A stretch of 64,000 nt of DNA from Candidatus Dadabacteria bacterium (lineage in GTDB: Bacteria; Desulfobacterota_D; UBA1144; Nemesobacterales; Nemesobacteraceae), in the NCBI GenBank assembly GCA_026705445.1, contig JAPPAR010000011.1, positions 10,525 through 74,524 of the forward strand, written 5' to 3'. A program made the translations under genes and the position numbers. The stretch's first letter is position 1. Every line of letters begins with the position of its first letter. The notes beneath the pieces were generated by a model. It saw only the letters and a list, made by a program, of their open reading frames with translations. It made no database searches and had not been told where the DNA came from. Below are positions 9,993 through 20,598 of the stretch, piece by piece.

Positions 9993-10112
9993 GAGATAAA
10001 CCGAAGGTTTTTCGTTTTTTAATCACCCTTTTAAAAACCGTTAACACGGCCTTAGAGTTGCAGGGCAAAGAGGTTTCTAAAACCTGCGAATAATCTGTAT
10101 AATACCCGACAA

Positions 10113-10934
10113 ATGGCAACAAGATGGAAAAAGAGTCTTCCCGGCGGCCACACGGGGGCAGCATTTGTTCTCTGCGCGCTGGGGACGCTAGTATCGGGAT
10201 ACCTGCTTGTGGCTGACTTCGTGCTCGGGGGCGCGGAGCTTTGCCTTACGGGCAAAGGCTGCGACATGGTAAGGGAGAGCCGGTACTCGAGCATCGGGGG
10301 CATGCCGGTCTCGCTGCTCGGAGTCCTGGGATACGCGGCTATGGTGACCGTTTCCGTCTCGCGCCTTGGGCGGCGGACAAAGTGGAATCTTCTTTTCTGG
10401 CTATCGGCGGCGGCGGTCGGTTTTTCGGCTTACCTCACCTACCTTGAACTTTTCATAATAGAGGCGCTTTGCTCGTGGTGCGTGGCCTCGGCCGCGATCG
10501 CAGTGGCAGTGTTTCTGCTTGCGGCCTCTCAAACGACCGGCAGCGCCATAAAGTCCTTCGGCGGGGCGGCGACGGTGTTCGTCTTGGTGTTTGCCACGTC
10601 TTACTCCATTCATTCCCCCGCCCCGCGGGAGAATCCCCCGTCCGCGGCTACCTTTTACCAGGTGAGCCTCGCGAAATACCTCTCGGAGCGCGGAGCAATC
10701 ATGTACGGCTCATACAACTGCGGTCACTGTCAGAAGCAGAAGGATCTTTTCGGGGGGGCTTTCGACCACATAACCTACGTCGAGTGCAGCCGAAGCGGTC
10801 CAGACTCCAATCCCACCCTCTGCGCGGGCAAGAACATAAAAAGCTACCCCACCTGGGAAATCGGCGAAGAGTTCCACGAGGGGGTAAGAACTCTCGAGCA
10901 GCTCGGGAGGATCTCGGGTTATTCGGGCAAGTGA
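10113..10934 (+). CDS. VKOR (vitamin K epoxide reductase) family protein fused to a periplasmic thioredoxin-like domain
   Basis: Loop cysteine pair (CLTGKGC), active-site CSWC in a transmembrane helix, and a C-terminal Trx-like CGHC. Confidence 0.7.
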   Translation: MATRWKKSLPGGHTGAAFVLCALGTLVSGYLLVADFVLGGAELCLTGKGCDMVRESRYSSIGGMPVSLLGVLGYAAMVTVSVSRLGRRTKWNLLFWLSAAAVGFSAYLTYLELFIIEALCSWCVASAAIAVAVFLLAASQTTGSAIKSFGGAATVFVLVFATSYSIHSPAPRENPPSAATFYQVSLAKYLSERGAIMYGSYNCGHCQKQKDLFGGAFDHITYVECSRSGPDSNPTLCAGKNIKSYPTWEIGEEFHEGVRTLEQLGRISGYSGK

Positions 10935-11059
10935 AAATTCCCCTCTACAAGGTGCTGGGATCACTTGCCATTGCTTTGACAAGGGGCTTTTATAAATTAT
11001 CTTTATCTTAACGTTCCTATTACAACTGAGCCGCTATCGGGGCGGCATTGGGGTGAAGG

Positions 11060-11902
11060 GTGGAAAAAAGAAACGACGGATTATCGTTCATAATATGCTG
11101 TAACAAGTTCGGGTGGACCCGGTCCTGGGGCATAAGCAGGGAACGGTTGCAGTTCGTGCTGGGCGCCTTGGGGATTTTCGTGCTGGGCACGCTTCTCTCA
11201 TTCTTTCTCTCATACAAGTTCTACGGGGAAGCACAAGATATCCGGGCGCAGAAGCAAGCCGAGATAGACGAACTGCTAAGCGCCGTCGAGGCGATGTCGC
11301 ACGACATAATCGTGGACAAGAAACTTGAGGACAAGTTCATAAAAAGGGTCCTTCGTCTCGAGAAAAAGCTTGCCTCCATGGAGAGAACGCTCTCTGAGAA
11401 AAAGCGGAGAAAAGCTCTCCCCGCGGGAGGACGCGGCTTCCAGGCAAGCGATATCGGTCACGATTACTTTGACGCGCTAGAGAAGGACATAGACCGCCTC
11501 GCCAAGGCCATGGACTCCATTCCTTTCGGAAAACCCGCCCGGGGAGGAATCTCTTCGCACTACGGCTACAGGAAATCTCCCTTCTCGGATGCCAGGGAGT
11601 TTCACGGCGGAGTAGATTTCAGGGGGAAAATAGGAGACGAGGTAACGGCCACGGCGGACGGCGTCGTTCACAAGGCCGAGTACGTTAAGGGCTACGGAAA
11701 GCACGTTGTCATCAAGCACAAAAAAGGCTACAAGACTCTCTATGGGCATCTCTCCAAGATAAGTGTCACCAAGGGCCAGAAGGTCGTAGCGGGAGAGAAG
11801 ATAGGGGAACTAGGATCGACGGGCCGTTCAACCGGGCCGCATCTTCACTACGAGATAATAAGGTACGGAAGAAGAATCAACCCCAAAAAATACGTAAGAT
11901 AG
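11060..11902 (+). CDS. M23-family (LytM) peptidoglycan metallo-endopeptidase
   Basis: HGGVDF...GSTGRSTGPHLHYEI is the M23 zinc motif. N-terminal transmembrane and coiled-coil region. Confidence 0.85.
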   Translation: MEKRNDGLSFIICCNKFGWTRSWGISRERLQFVLGALGIFVLGTLLSFFLSYKFYGEAQDIRAQKQAEIDELLSAVEAMSHDIIVDKKLEDKFIKRVLRLEKKLASMERTLSEKKRRKALPAGGRGFQASDIGHDYFDALEKDIDRLAKAMDSIPFGKPARGGISSHYGYRKSPFSDAREFHGGVDFRGKIGDEVTATADGVVHKAEYVKGYGKHVVIKHKKGYKTLYGHLSKISVTKGQKVVAGEKIGELGSTGRSTGPHLHYEIIRYGRRINPKKYVR

Positions 11903-11914
11903 GGGAAAGCCTGT

Positions 11915-12331
11915 ATGTATAACAGCAAACGGAAGAGCAAAAACAATAACTCGGGTGCCGTGGAAACAGTTCTGGGCAAAGGCGTGGTGTTCGAGGGAAT
12001 CATCTCGTGCGAGGGATCGATGAAGGTCGAAGGTGAACTCAAGGGAGACATAAAAGTCGCCAACTCAATCGTGGTGGGCCCTAACGGTTCGGTGACCGGG
12101 GACATAAACGCCAGAGAGGTCATCATATTCGGGAAAGTAACCGGAAAGATAGATGCCGGGGCGCTTGAGATCAAAAGCACGGGAGAAATAACCGGAGAAG
12201 TCCTGATCGAGACCCTGATAACCGAGGCCGGGGGAATCATGAGGGCGAAGTGCGAAATGAAAAGCCCCGCACCGAAAGGCGTAAAGGATAAAGGCCCGGC
12301 TCCCGGCTCCTCCCAAGCGGCGAAACCCTAA
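11915..12331 (+). CDS. bactofilin (DUF583) cytoskeletal protein
   Basis: Repetitive beta-helical VxGxVxG segments (VEGELKGDIKVANSIVVGPNGSVTGDI...). 138 aa, immediately after the M23 gene. Confidence 0.85.
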   Translation: MYNSKRKSKNNNSGAVETVLGKGVVFEGIISCEGSMKVEGELKGDIKVANSIVVGPNGSVTGDINAREVIIFGKVTGKIDAGALEIKSTGEITGEVLIETLITEAGGIMRAKCEMKSPAPKGVKDKGPAPGSSQAAKP

Positions 12332-12786
12332 TGGTGGTGGTGGCTGCGGCGGCTTGCCTCGGGGGGATCGAGGACAGGCGCCGTAACCGATATCCGCGCG
12401 CCCGAGCGGAACTTCAATTCCAAAATCACGCTTTCTTCTATATTGCCCGAGAGCTCCTCTAGCATCACGTGATAGCCTCCCGGCGAAAGGACGACCGACT
12501 TGCCCGCCGGAATCTCAATCGAAGCAACCTTCTTCATTGCCATCGAATCTTCCCTCATCTCCGTAACGTGAAGCGAAGCCGAAGCGGAGCAGCTGCAGCC
12601 CACTTCCAAAAGTTCGTCTCCTGCGGCGGCGGGGTTCTCAATAACCATGTAGGCAGCGGTCACGGAAGCACCAGGGGGATTTTGTCTTACCCACGGGTCC
12701 TTGACGGAGACCTCCCCCATGCTCCAAGCCAGGGGAGCAACAAGAAAGAAAACAGCTAAAACGATCAGGGCTTTTCTTACGTTCAT
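12328..12786 (-). CDS. copper chaperone PCu(A)C (DUF461)
   Basis: Signal peptide and the PCuAC family pattern, with a C-terminal His tail (HHHH). Confidence 0.75.
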   Translation of the reverse strand: MNVRKALIVLAVFFLVAPLAWSMGEVSVKDPWVRQNPPGASVTAAYMVIENPAAAGDELLEVGCSCSASASLHVTEMREDSMAMKKVASIEIPAGKSVVLSPGGYHVMLEELSGNIEESVILELKFRSGARISVTAPVLDPPEASRRSHHHH

Positions 12787-12792
12787 GGGTAC

Positions 12793-13383
12793 CTACAGAA
12801 GAAGGCGTTTTACGTCGCCTGCTATTTTCTCTGGATCAAGCTTTTCCTTGGGGTAGCGAAGCATCATCTCGCCTCCGGGACCTATCAGGTAAACCGCGGG
12901 GGAATGAACTACCCCGTAGTCTGACTCTGAGGTCCCCTGCTCCTTTGAATAAAAGGTTCCGCAGGCGTCGTTTACCTGCTTTATAGACTGCTCTGGACCC
13001 GTGAGGCCCACTATGCGGTCGTGGAAAAACGGAACGTAGGTCCCGAGTTTGGCCACGGTGTCGCGCTCCGGGTCAACGGTTATGAAAAGCGCCACGACCC
13101 CCTCGTCTCCCACAAGATCAAGCACCTCTCCCAGCATACCCAGGGTGGTGGGACACACGTCCGGACAGTTCGTAAACCCGAAGTTAAGCAGTATGACCTT
13201 GTCCGAGTGGTCGGAGAGAGAGAACTCTCGGTTCTGGTGGTCAGTCAGGAAAAAATCAAAGGCGGGTCGGCGATACTCATCCCCGTGGAAGCTCCCCTTG
13301 TCCGTGCCGAGGAACCAAAGGACCGCAACCCACACGAGAGCGATCAGCGCCAAAGCGGTCAAAAGCTGGTAGTTCCGTTTCAT
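12793..13383 (-). CDS. SCO1/SenC family copper chaperone (thioredoxin fold)
   Basis: CPDVCP motif, N-terminal membrane anchor, family length. Confidence 0.85.
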   Translation of the reverse strand: MKRNYQLLTALALIALVWVAVLWFLGTDKGSFHGDEYRRPAFDFFLTDHQNREFSLSDHSDKVILLNFGFTNCPDVCPTTLGMLGEVLDLVGDEGVVALFITVDPERDTVAKLGTYVPFFHDRIVGLTGPEQSIKQVNDACGTFYSKEQGTSESDYGVVHSPAVYLIGPGGEMMLRYPKEKLDPEKIAGDVKRLLL

Positions 13384-13661
13384 TTGAAGTAACTCCGTAA
13401 CAGGTTAGGGCAGAAAATATACACCACCTTTCCGATTAGACAAAAAAAAGAGCGCCTCAGGGGGGCCGAGGCGCTCTTCCTAACAAAAAGGAGGATGAAG
13501 GATGAGTATTGATCAATGTTTTTAATCAACGCTATAAAATATAAGTAATTTACTTAAACTGTCAAGAGAAAATTAAAAAAATTTTAAAACGGCAAAAAAA
13601 AGCGGGCAGGGCGCCCGTGCGCCGTGCCCGCTTCGTGGTTTCTGCCAGGTAGAGGCGGATT

Positions 13662-15613
<1,952 letters not shown>

Positions 15614-15650
15614 CTCTAATACCTCCTTTTTAACTTTTTAAAGCTTGTCT

Positions 15651-15673
15651 GGCACTTGCGCCTTCCAAGTGCC
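15651..15673 (-). promoter_or_regulatory. CIRCE-like inverted repeat (GGCACTTG-N7-CAAGTGCC) upstream of groES; candidate HrcA operator
   Basis: 8-7-8 inverted repeat 38 nt upstream of the groES start. The GCACT core resembles CIRCE (TTAGCACTC-N9-GAGTGCTAA). A perfect TTGACA -35 hexamer lies upstream on the coding strand (plus 15703-15708). Confidence 0.5.
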
Positions 15674-15930
15674 AACTATAAAGTAAGCACGTTTTTGCGG
15701 GTGTCAAGGGATGGAGGGAAAAAAGAGGGCCTGAAGGCGTCTTGCGGGAGAGTTAAAAAGTTTGAGGCAGTCAGCGGACGAGCCGGGACGACCTCGTTAC
15801 TCCTTCTACGCATGGCAGATGAGATGGCACAATAATACCGTAATACCGTCTGCAGAATCGAATGTCGAGCATCATTTTCCGGCAAAGTGCAATTGCTGCG
15901 AGCTAATTCCCCCATTTGTCCCGGAAGAGT

Positions 15931-16170
15931 TCACCGGGCAGGACCGGAAACGGTCCGCCGCTTTGTGGGACCGGAATTGCCGAGTCGTCCCCGGTCTTTC
16001 TCCGCAACCGCCTCTTCCATCAGGAAGTCGAGCTTTCCGGATGATGAGTCCTTTTCGATTTCCTCTTCCCACTGTTTCCAGTCCTTCTCGGAGAACCACT
16101 CGCGCAGATGGATGTAATCCTCTTTGGAAAAAGCCGAGATGGCGGATTTTATTTCTTCTACCGTTGACAT
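15931..16170 (-). CDS. small hypothetical protein (79 aa), possibly antitoxin-like
   Basis: ORF downstream of mazF in the same orientation. Acidic helical protein, no family assigned. Confidence 0.3.
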   Translation of the reverse strand: MSTVEEIKSAISAFSKEDYIHLREWFSEKDWKQWEEEIEKDSSSGKLDFLMEEAVAEKDRGRLGNSGPTKRRTVSGPAR

Positions 16171-16268
16171 AACAACAAACCGTCCTGCTGCTCAGGTAAT
16201 GTTAACTGGATAGTAAATATTTCGATTCAATCCGTAAAGAGCGTTAGAGGTCGCCTTGATATTTTTCT

Positions 16269-16604
16269 TCAGTCGCCGTAGGTAAACATTTCCCGTAACA
16301 CCCCTGCCACCTCCCGCGCGCGCGTGTCCGGCAGGACACCCAGCCGTCTGACTAGGCGAGACTTGTCCACGGTCCTTATCTGATCGAGTACCACTTGGCC
16401 TTTTTTCCGCTGAAAGGTGACATTTACGCGACTGGGGTAATCCCGTTGCGTCGACGTCATAGGCGCTATTATGACCGTGTTAATGTACCGGTTCATCTCA
16501 TCCGGCGAGATCACTACGCATGGCCGCATCTTCTGGATTTCCGATCCCTGTGCGGGATCCAGGTTGACCAGATATATATCATATCGCCGAACTTGCTTTA
16601 CCAT
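16269..16604 (-). CDS. mazF: type II toxin MazF/PemK endoribonuclease
   Basis: RYDIYLVNLDPAQGSEIQKMRPCVVIS... TVIIAPMTS... VLDQIRTVDKSRL are PemK/MazF signatures. Confidence 0.9.
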   Translation of the reverse strand: MVKQVRRYDIYLVNLDPAQGSEIQKMRPCVVISPDEMNRYINTVIIAPMTSTQRDYPSRVNVTFQRKKGQVVLDQIRTVDKSRLVRRLGVLPDTRAREVAGVLREMFTYGD

Positions 16605-16849
16605 GTCCAGTCCTCGGCATCAAAGTCGTTTTCAAGCGCATCGGGAACCAGCGACACATCGTCACCGACGGCCACCATTTTTTCAAAAGCAACACTCCAA
16701 CCCTCGCGCACGCTCCGCACAGGCGCAAGCACGATGACTCCGTTCTCAACACGCATCTCCAACTCGTCGCCGAGGCCGCACTGCTTGATAACCGACGAAG
16801 GGATACGAATTCCCTTCGAGTTACCAATAGATATCAGATTAATCTTCAT
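16598..16849 (-). CDS. mazE: antitoxin MazE (SpoVT/AbrB fold)
   Basis: MKINLISIGNSKGIRIPSSVIKQCGL... overlaps mazF by 7 nt. Confidence 0.85.
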   Translation of the reverse strand: MKINLISIGNSKGIRIPSSVIKQCGLGDELEMRVENGVIVLAPVRSVREGWSVAFEKMVAVGDDVSLVPDALENDFDAEDWTW

Positions 16850-16968
16850 GTGTTTGCCTCTTTGTATAATTACATTGTAATCACTAGACAGGCAAATTTC
16901 AAGGACAGTGGTATAGAAGTGATCAGCTTGTAAAGAGCGTTGCCCGTATATCTCTAGATTGAGAGCTT

Positions 16969-19572
16969 TTATTTTTTCGCCTTCTCAGAAAGCTCGATCA
17001 GTTTCTCTAGCGCTTCCATGGGAGTCATGTTCATGGGATCAAGGATTGCAAGATCCTCTGTGAGAAGCTCTTCTTTCCTAAACGCAGTCTCAGATTCTTT
17101 ATCCAGTTCCGTATCGAAAAGAAGAAGCTGCCCGCCTAGCATCGACTGGGAAAGCCCGGCCTTGAATTTCTCAAGGGAAAAAAGAACCTTCCTCGCGGAA
17201 TTAAGAACCTTCGCGGGAACCCCGGCAAGCCGGGCCACCTGTATCCCGTAGCTGTGGCTCGTCGCGCCCGGGACGAGCTTTCGGAGAAACAGTATCTCCC
17301 CTCCCTCCTCCTTTACCGCTACGTTGGAGTTGGTGATCCCGGGCTTTACGTCCGCCAGGTTCGACAGCTCGTGGTAGTGGGTGGCAAAAAGAGTAAGGGG
17401 CCCCAAGTCGTAGAGATACTCTGAAACCGCCCACGCTATGCTCATCCCGTCAAAGGTGCTCGTGCCCCGCCCGATCTCATCAAGTATGACGAGGCTCCTC
17501 GGGGTGGCGTTTTGCAGTATGTGCGCAGTCTCAACCATCTCGACCATGAAAGTTGAACGTCCCGCAGTGAGATTATCAGACGCCCCCACCCTTGAAAAAA
17601 TACGGTCGACTATCCCGAGCCTTGCCGTCCGGGCCGGAACGAAGCTTCCCATCTGGGCCATCAGCGATATGAGAGCCACCTGCCTTATGAGAGTCGACTT
17701 GCCGGACATGTTGGGCCCCGTGATGATCATGAAGCGTTTGTCCTCTGAATCGAGGGTGACGTCGTTCGGAACGAACCCCCTCTCAAGGCCCATCCTCTCG
17801 ACCACAGGGTGGCGGGAGTCTTTGAGTTCGATTGCGGGGCGCGGGACAAATTCCGGCCTGCAGTAACCGTAGCGCGACGCAATCTCTCCCATGGAGCAGA
17901 AAACATCCGTCTCCGCGACCACGGCCGCCGTGGCCTTTACGCGCGGGGCCTCGACGGCCGCCTGCTTTCGCACCTCCTCGAAAAGCGAGGCCTCAAGCTC
18001 GGCTATACGCTCCGCCGCGGTGAGTATCTGCTCTTCGTATTCCTTAAGTTCGGGGGAGATGAAGCGTTCGCTTCCCGAAAGGGTCTGTCTTCTTGAGTAA
18101 TCCTCGGGTACCGAAGAAAGCTTGGAGTTTGTAACCTCGATGTAGTAGCCGAATACCCTGTTGTACCCGATCTTTAGGTTGGCTATCCCCGTTCTCTCCC
18201 TCTCCCGCCCCTCAAGCTCGGATATCCATTTCCGCCCGTCGCCCTGGATCTTGCGCAGCCGGTCAAGCTCGGGGGAGAATCCTTCCCTTATAACCCCTCC
18301 CTCCCGCGCGGAAACTGGCGGCACCTCAACAAGGGCGCCCTCCAAGTAACCGCGGAGGTCTCGGAAGTCATCCATCCTCCCGCAAAGCGACGCAAGGGTT
18401 TCTGAACTAAAATCCAACATAGCGTCGCGGAGTTTTTCTATGTAAAACGAGGAATCCCGAAGCGATGCAAGATCCCTGGGTCTTGCGGAAGGGGTCTCGA
18501 TCCTGTGGATCAGCCTCTCAAGATCCCCGACTTTCCCGAGCGCCGCCACGAGATCTTTTCTCGCGGAAAGGTTTTCAAGCAATTCCCCCGCGGCTTCCTG
18601 CCTTTTCTCTATCTCTTCTGCGTCAAGCAGGGGGTAGCTCATCCAGCGGTGAAGTAGCCTCGCTCCCATTGGAGAGCGGGTCTCGTCCATTACGCCGAGC
18701 AGCGAGTGCTTAAGGGATCCTTCAATTGAACTTCGAAGCTCGAGGTTCCTCGCGGTCCACTCGTCTATTTTCATGTAGTCGACCGTGTCGTAGTACTTGG
18801 GGAACTCTACCTCCGGCATGAAGTCCTTCTGCGTTTCCCGGAGGTAATCGAAAAGCACCCCACAGGCACGGACACATCCAAGCTCTTTTTCGATCTCAAA
18901 GGCTTCGAGAGTAAGAACCGAGAAACCATCAGTGAGAATTTCCCTGCATCTCTCGAATTCCCACTTCCAGGAATCAACCTTCGTTACGAGCGTACAGGGA
19001 TTTGCGTCAAGCAGGGGTTTAAGCCAAGGAGGTTCCGCGTCGGAATCCGGGACCAGAATTTCCCTTGGGTCGATACTGGCAATTTCCGAGATAAGGTCTT
19101 CAGGCGAGCGGAAAAAGGATGTCCTGAACTCCCCTGTCGAGATGTCGCAGAAGGAAAGCCCGAAGCCGTCTTTTTCCTCGGCCACGCACGCGAGGAAATT
19201 GTTGCTTTTCGATTCGAGGTTCTCCGAGTCAAGAACTGCTCCGGGAGTAAGAACCCTGACGACCTTTCTGTCCACGAGCCCTTTTGTTTTCTTCTGGTCA
19301 CTTACCTGTTCGCAGACCGCCACCTTCTTTCCGCTTGCGAGAAGCTTCGATATGTGGGGCTCGGCACTGTGGAAGGGAACGCCGCAGAGGGGCACCGGGT
19401 TTTTCTTCGAACGGTCCCTTGAGGTGAGCGCTATTCCGAGTATTTCCGACGCGGTTTTCGCGTCGTCGTAGAACATTTCGTAGAAATCCCCGAGCCTGAA
19501 AAAAAGTATTGCGTCCGGATACTCCTTCTTTACGCTTAGATACTGACTCATAAGAGGGGTCTGTAAACTCAT
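16969..19572 (-). CDS. mutS: DNA mismatch repair protein MutS
   Basis: N-terminal TPLMSQY...FYEMF mismatch-binding domain, Walker A GPNMSGKST, 867 aa. Confidence 0.98.
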   Translation of the reverse strand: MSLQTPLMSQYLSVKKEYPDAILFFRLGDFYEMFYDDAKTASEILGIALTSRDRSKKNPVPLCGVPFHSAEPHISKLLASGKKVAVCEQVSDQKKTKGLVDRKVVRVLTPGAVLDSENLESKSNNFLACVAEEKDGFGLSFCDISTGEFRTSFFRSPEDLISEIASIDPREILVPDSDAEPPWLKPLLDANPCTLVTKVDSWKWEFERCREILTDGFSVLTLEAFEIEKELGCVRACGVLFDYLRETQKDFMPEVEFPKYYDTVDYMKIDEWTARNLELRSSIEGSLKHSLLGVMDETRSPMGARLLHRWMSYPLLDAEEIEKRQEAAGELLENLSARKDLVAALGKVGDLERLIHRIETPSARPRDLASLRDSSFYIEKLRDAMLDFSSETLASLCGRMDDFRDLRGYLEGALVEVPPVSAREGGVIREGFSPELDRLRKIQGDGRKWISELEGRERERTGIANLKIGYNRVFGYYIEVTNSKLSSVPEDYSRRQTLSGSERFISPELKEYEEQILTAAERIAELEASLFEEVRKQAAVEAPRVKATAAVVAETDVFCSMGEIASRYGYCRPEFVPRPAIELKDSRHPVVERMGLERGFVPNDVTLDSEDKRFMIITGPNMSGKSTLIRQVALISLMAQMGSFVPARTARLGIVDRIFSRVGASDNLTAGRSTFMVEMVETAHILQNATPRSLVILDEIGRGTSTFDGMSIAWAVSEYLYDLGPLTLFATHYHELSNLADVKPGITNSNVAVKEEGGEILFLRKLVPGATSHSYGIQVARLAGVPAKVLNSARKVLFSLEKFKAGLSQSMLGGQLLLFDTELDKESETAFRKEELLTEDLAILDPMNMTPMEALEKLIELSEKAKK

Positions 19573-19759
19573 GCAAGTACTATTATACAGAATTTAACGG
19601 TGCGGCGGAAACGGCGAAAGGGGGCATAACGGTGCGAGACGACGCCATTGTCCAAAGCTTTTAAAGATTGGTACGGTTTAAGAACATGCGCAGGGAAGGG
19701 CCTGATCGGATATAATTGCGTAAAAGTTTATTTCAAATACCGGTAGCCGATACCTCCAT

Positions 19760-20392
19760 CGTCCTCATCCGCACGACATCGTCACGGCAACACACGGCAG
19801 ACGTAGAGGTAGATGAAACCTGCGTCAGGAGAAATACCACAACATGCACACTTAAAAGAAGCTCGCGTGTCAGGAGCCGGAGCGCAGGACAAGACCCCTG
19901 TTGTGGCAATTAAGGAAAGAGAGAGAAAGAAGGTTAGGGCGAAGGTTGCCGAAGCGGTTTCAAGTATCACGCTTCGGAGAATGGTGCAAGAAACCGTACC
20001 CGAAGGCACCACAGTTTACACGGATCAGAACTACGGGTACAAAGGGCTCGCGAAAAAGAACTGCAGGCACGAGGCGTAAACCACTCAGCCGGAGAATACA
20101 TAAAAGGACAGAATCACACCACACGCAAGGCATAGAGTCCTTTTGGTTTATGCTCAAAAGAGGGCTCGCTGGAGTTTACCGCAAGATGAGCAAAAAGCGC
20201 CTTCAATGCTATATAGATGAGTATGCGGGAAGGCACAACATCCGCCCGCTCGCCTCTATCGAGCAGATAGATGCCGTTATTGAGGCAATGAACGGGAAAA
20301 GACTCAAGTACAAAGACCTGATTCAATGGAAGGGTCGGCATGGTGGAACATATTCAGCCGGGACTTGCGGAAAACCGGCACCGATCCTCTGA
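19760..20392 (+). pseudogene. IS1595-family transposase remnant (DDE domain only; at least 3 frameshifts and an in-frame stop; N-terminus absent)
   Basis: VEVDETCV (frame 1), KTPVVAIKERE...VYTDQNYGY (frame 2), VNHSAGEYIKGQNHT (frame 3) and HTQGIESFWFMLKRG...YIDEYAGRHN (frame 1) together reconstitute the IS1595 DDE core across frames. Only ~140 nt separate it from mutS, so the Zn-ribbon/HTH N-terminus is missing. Confidence 0.7.
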
Positions 20393-20522
20393 TAATAACA
20401 GGGAGGAGAACAAAAAGAGGGGCCGGGCGATGATACCAACCTTACTCGAAGAGAAAAAAAAGGGGGCCATTTCCAAAGGAGAGCGGAAACTCGCCTACCC
20501 GAAGTGTTAACAAACCGGCACA

Positions 20523-20562
20523 CTAAAAAGCGCGGCAACCGGGGTTACCGGAAACCGCGCTT
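20523..20562 (-). terminator. intrinsic terminator after the RTX gene (hairpin AAGCGCGG...CCGCGCTT followed by T-tract on the minus strand)
   Basis: 8-bp GC-rich stem with a nested CCGG/CCGG pair, then TTTTTA on the coding strand. Confidence 0.6.
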
Positions 20563-20598
20563 AAAAACAAAAAAACAAGTTAGCTCCGTCGCCTCCCC

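Noticed and set aside
15649-15662. TGGCAC...TTGC resembling a sigma-54 -24/-12 element near groES
   Set aside because: The spacing is wrong: TTGC follows TGGCAC immediately instead of after 5 nt. The GGCAC belongs to the CIRCE-like inverted repeat and sits on the wrong strand for groES.
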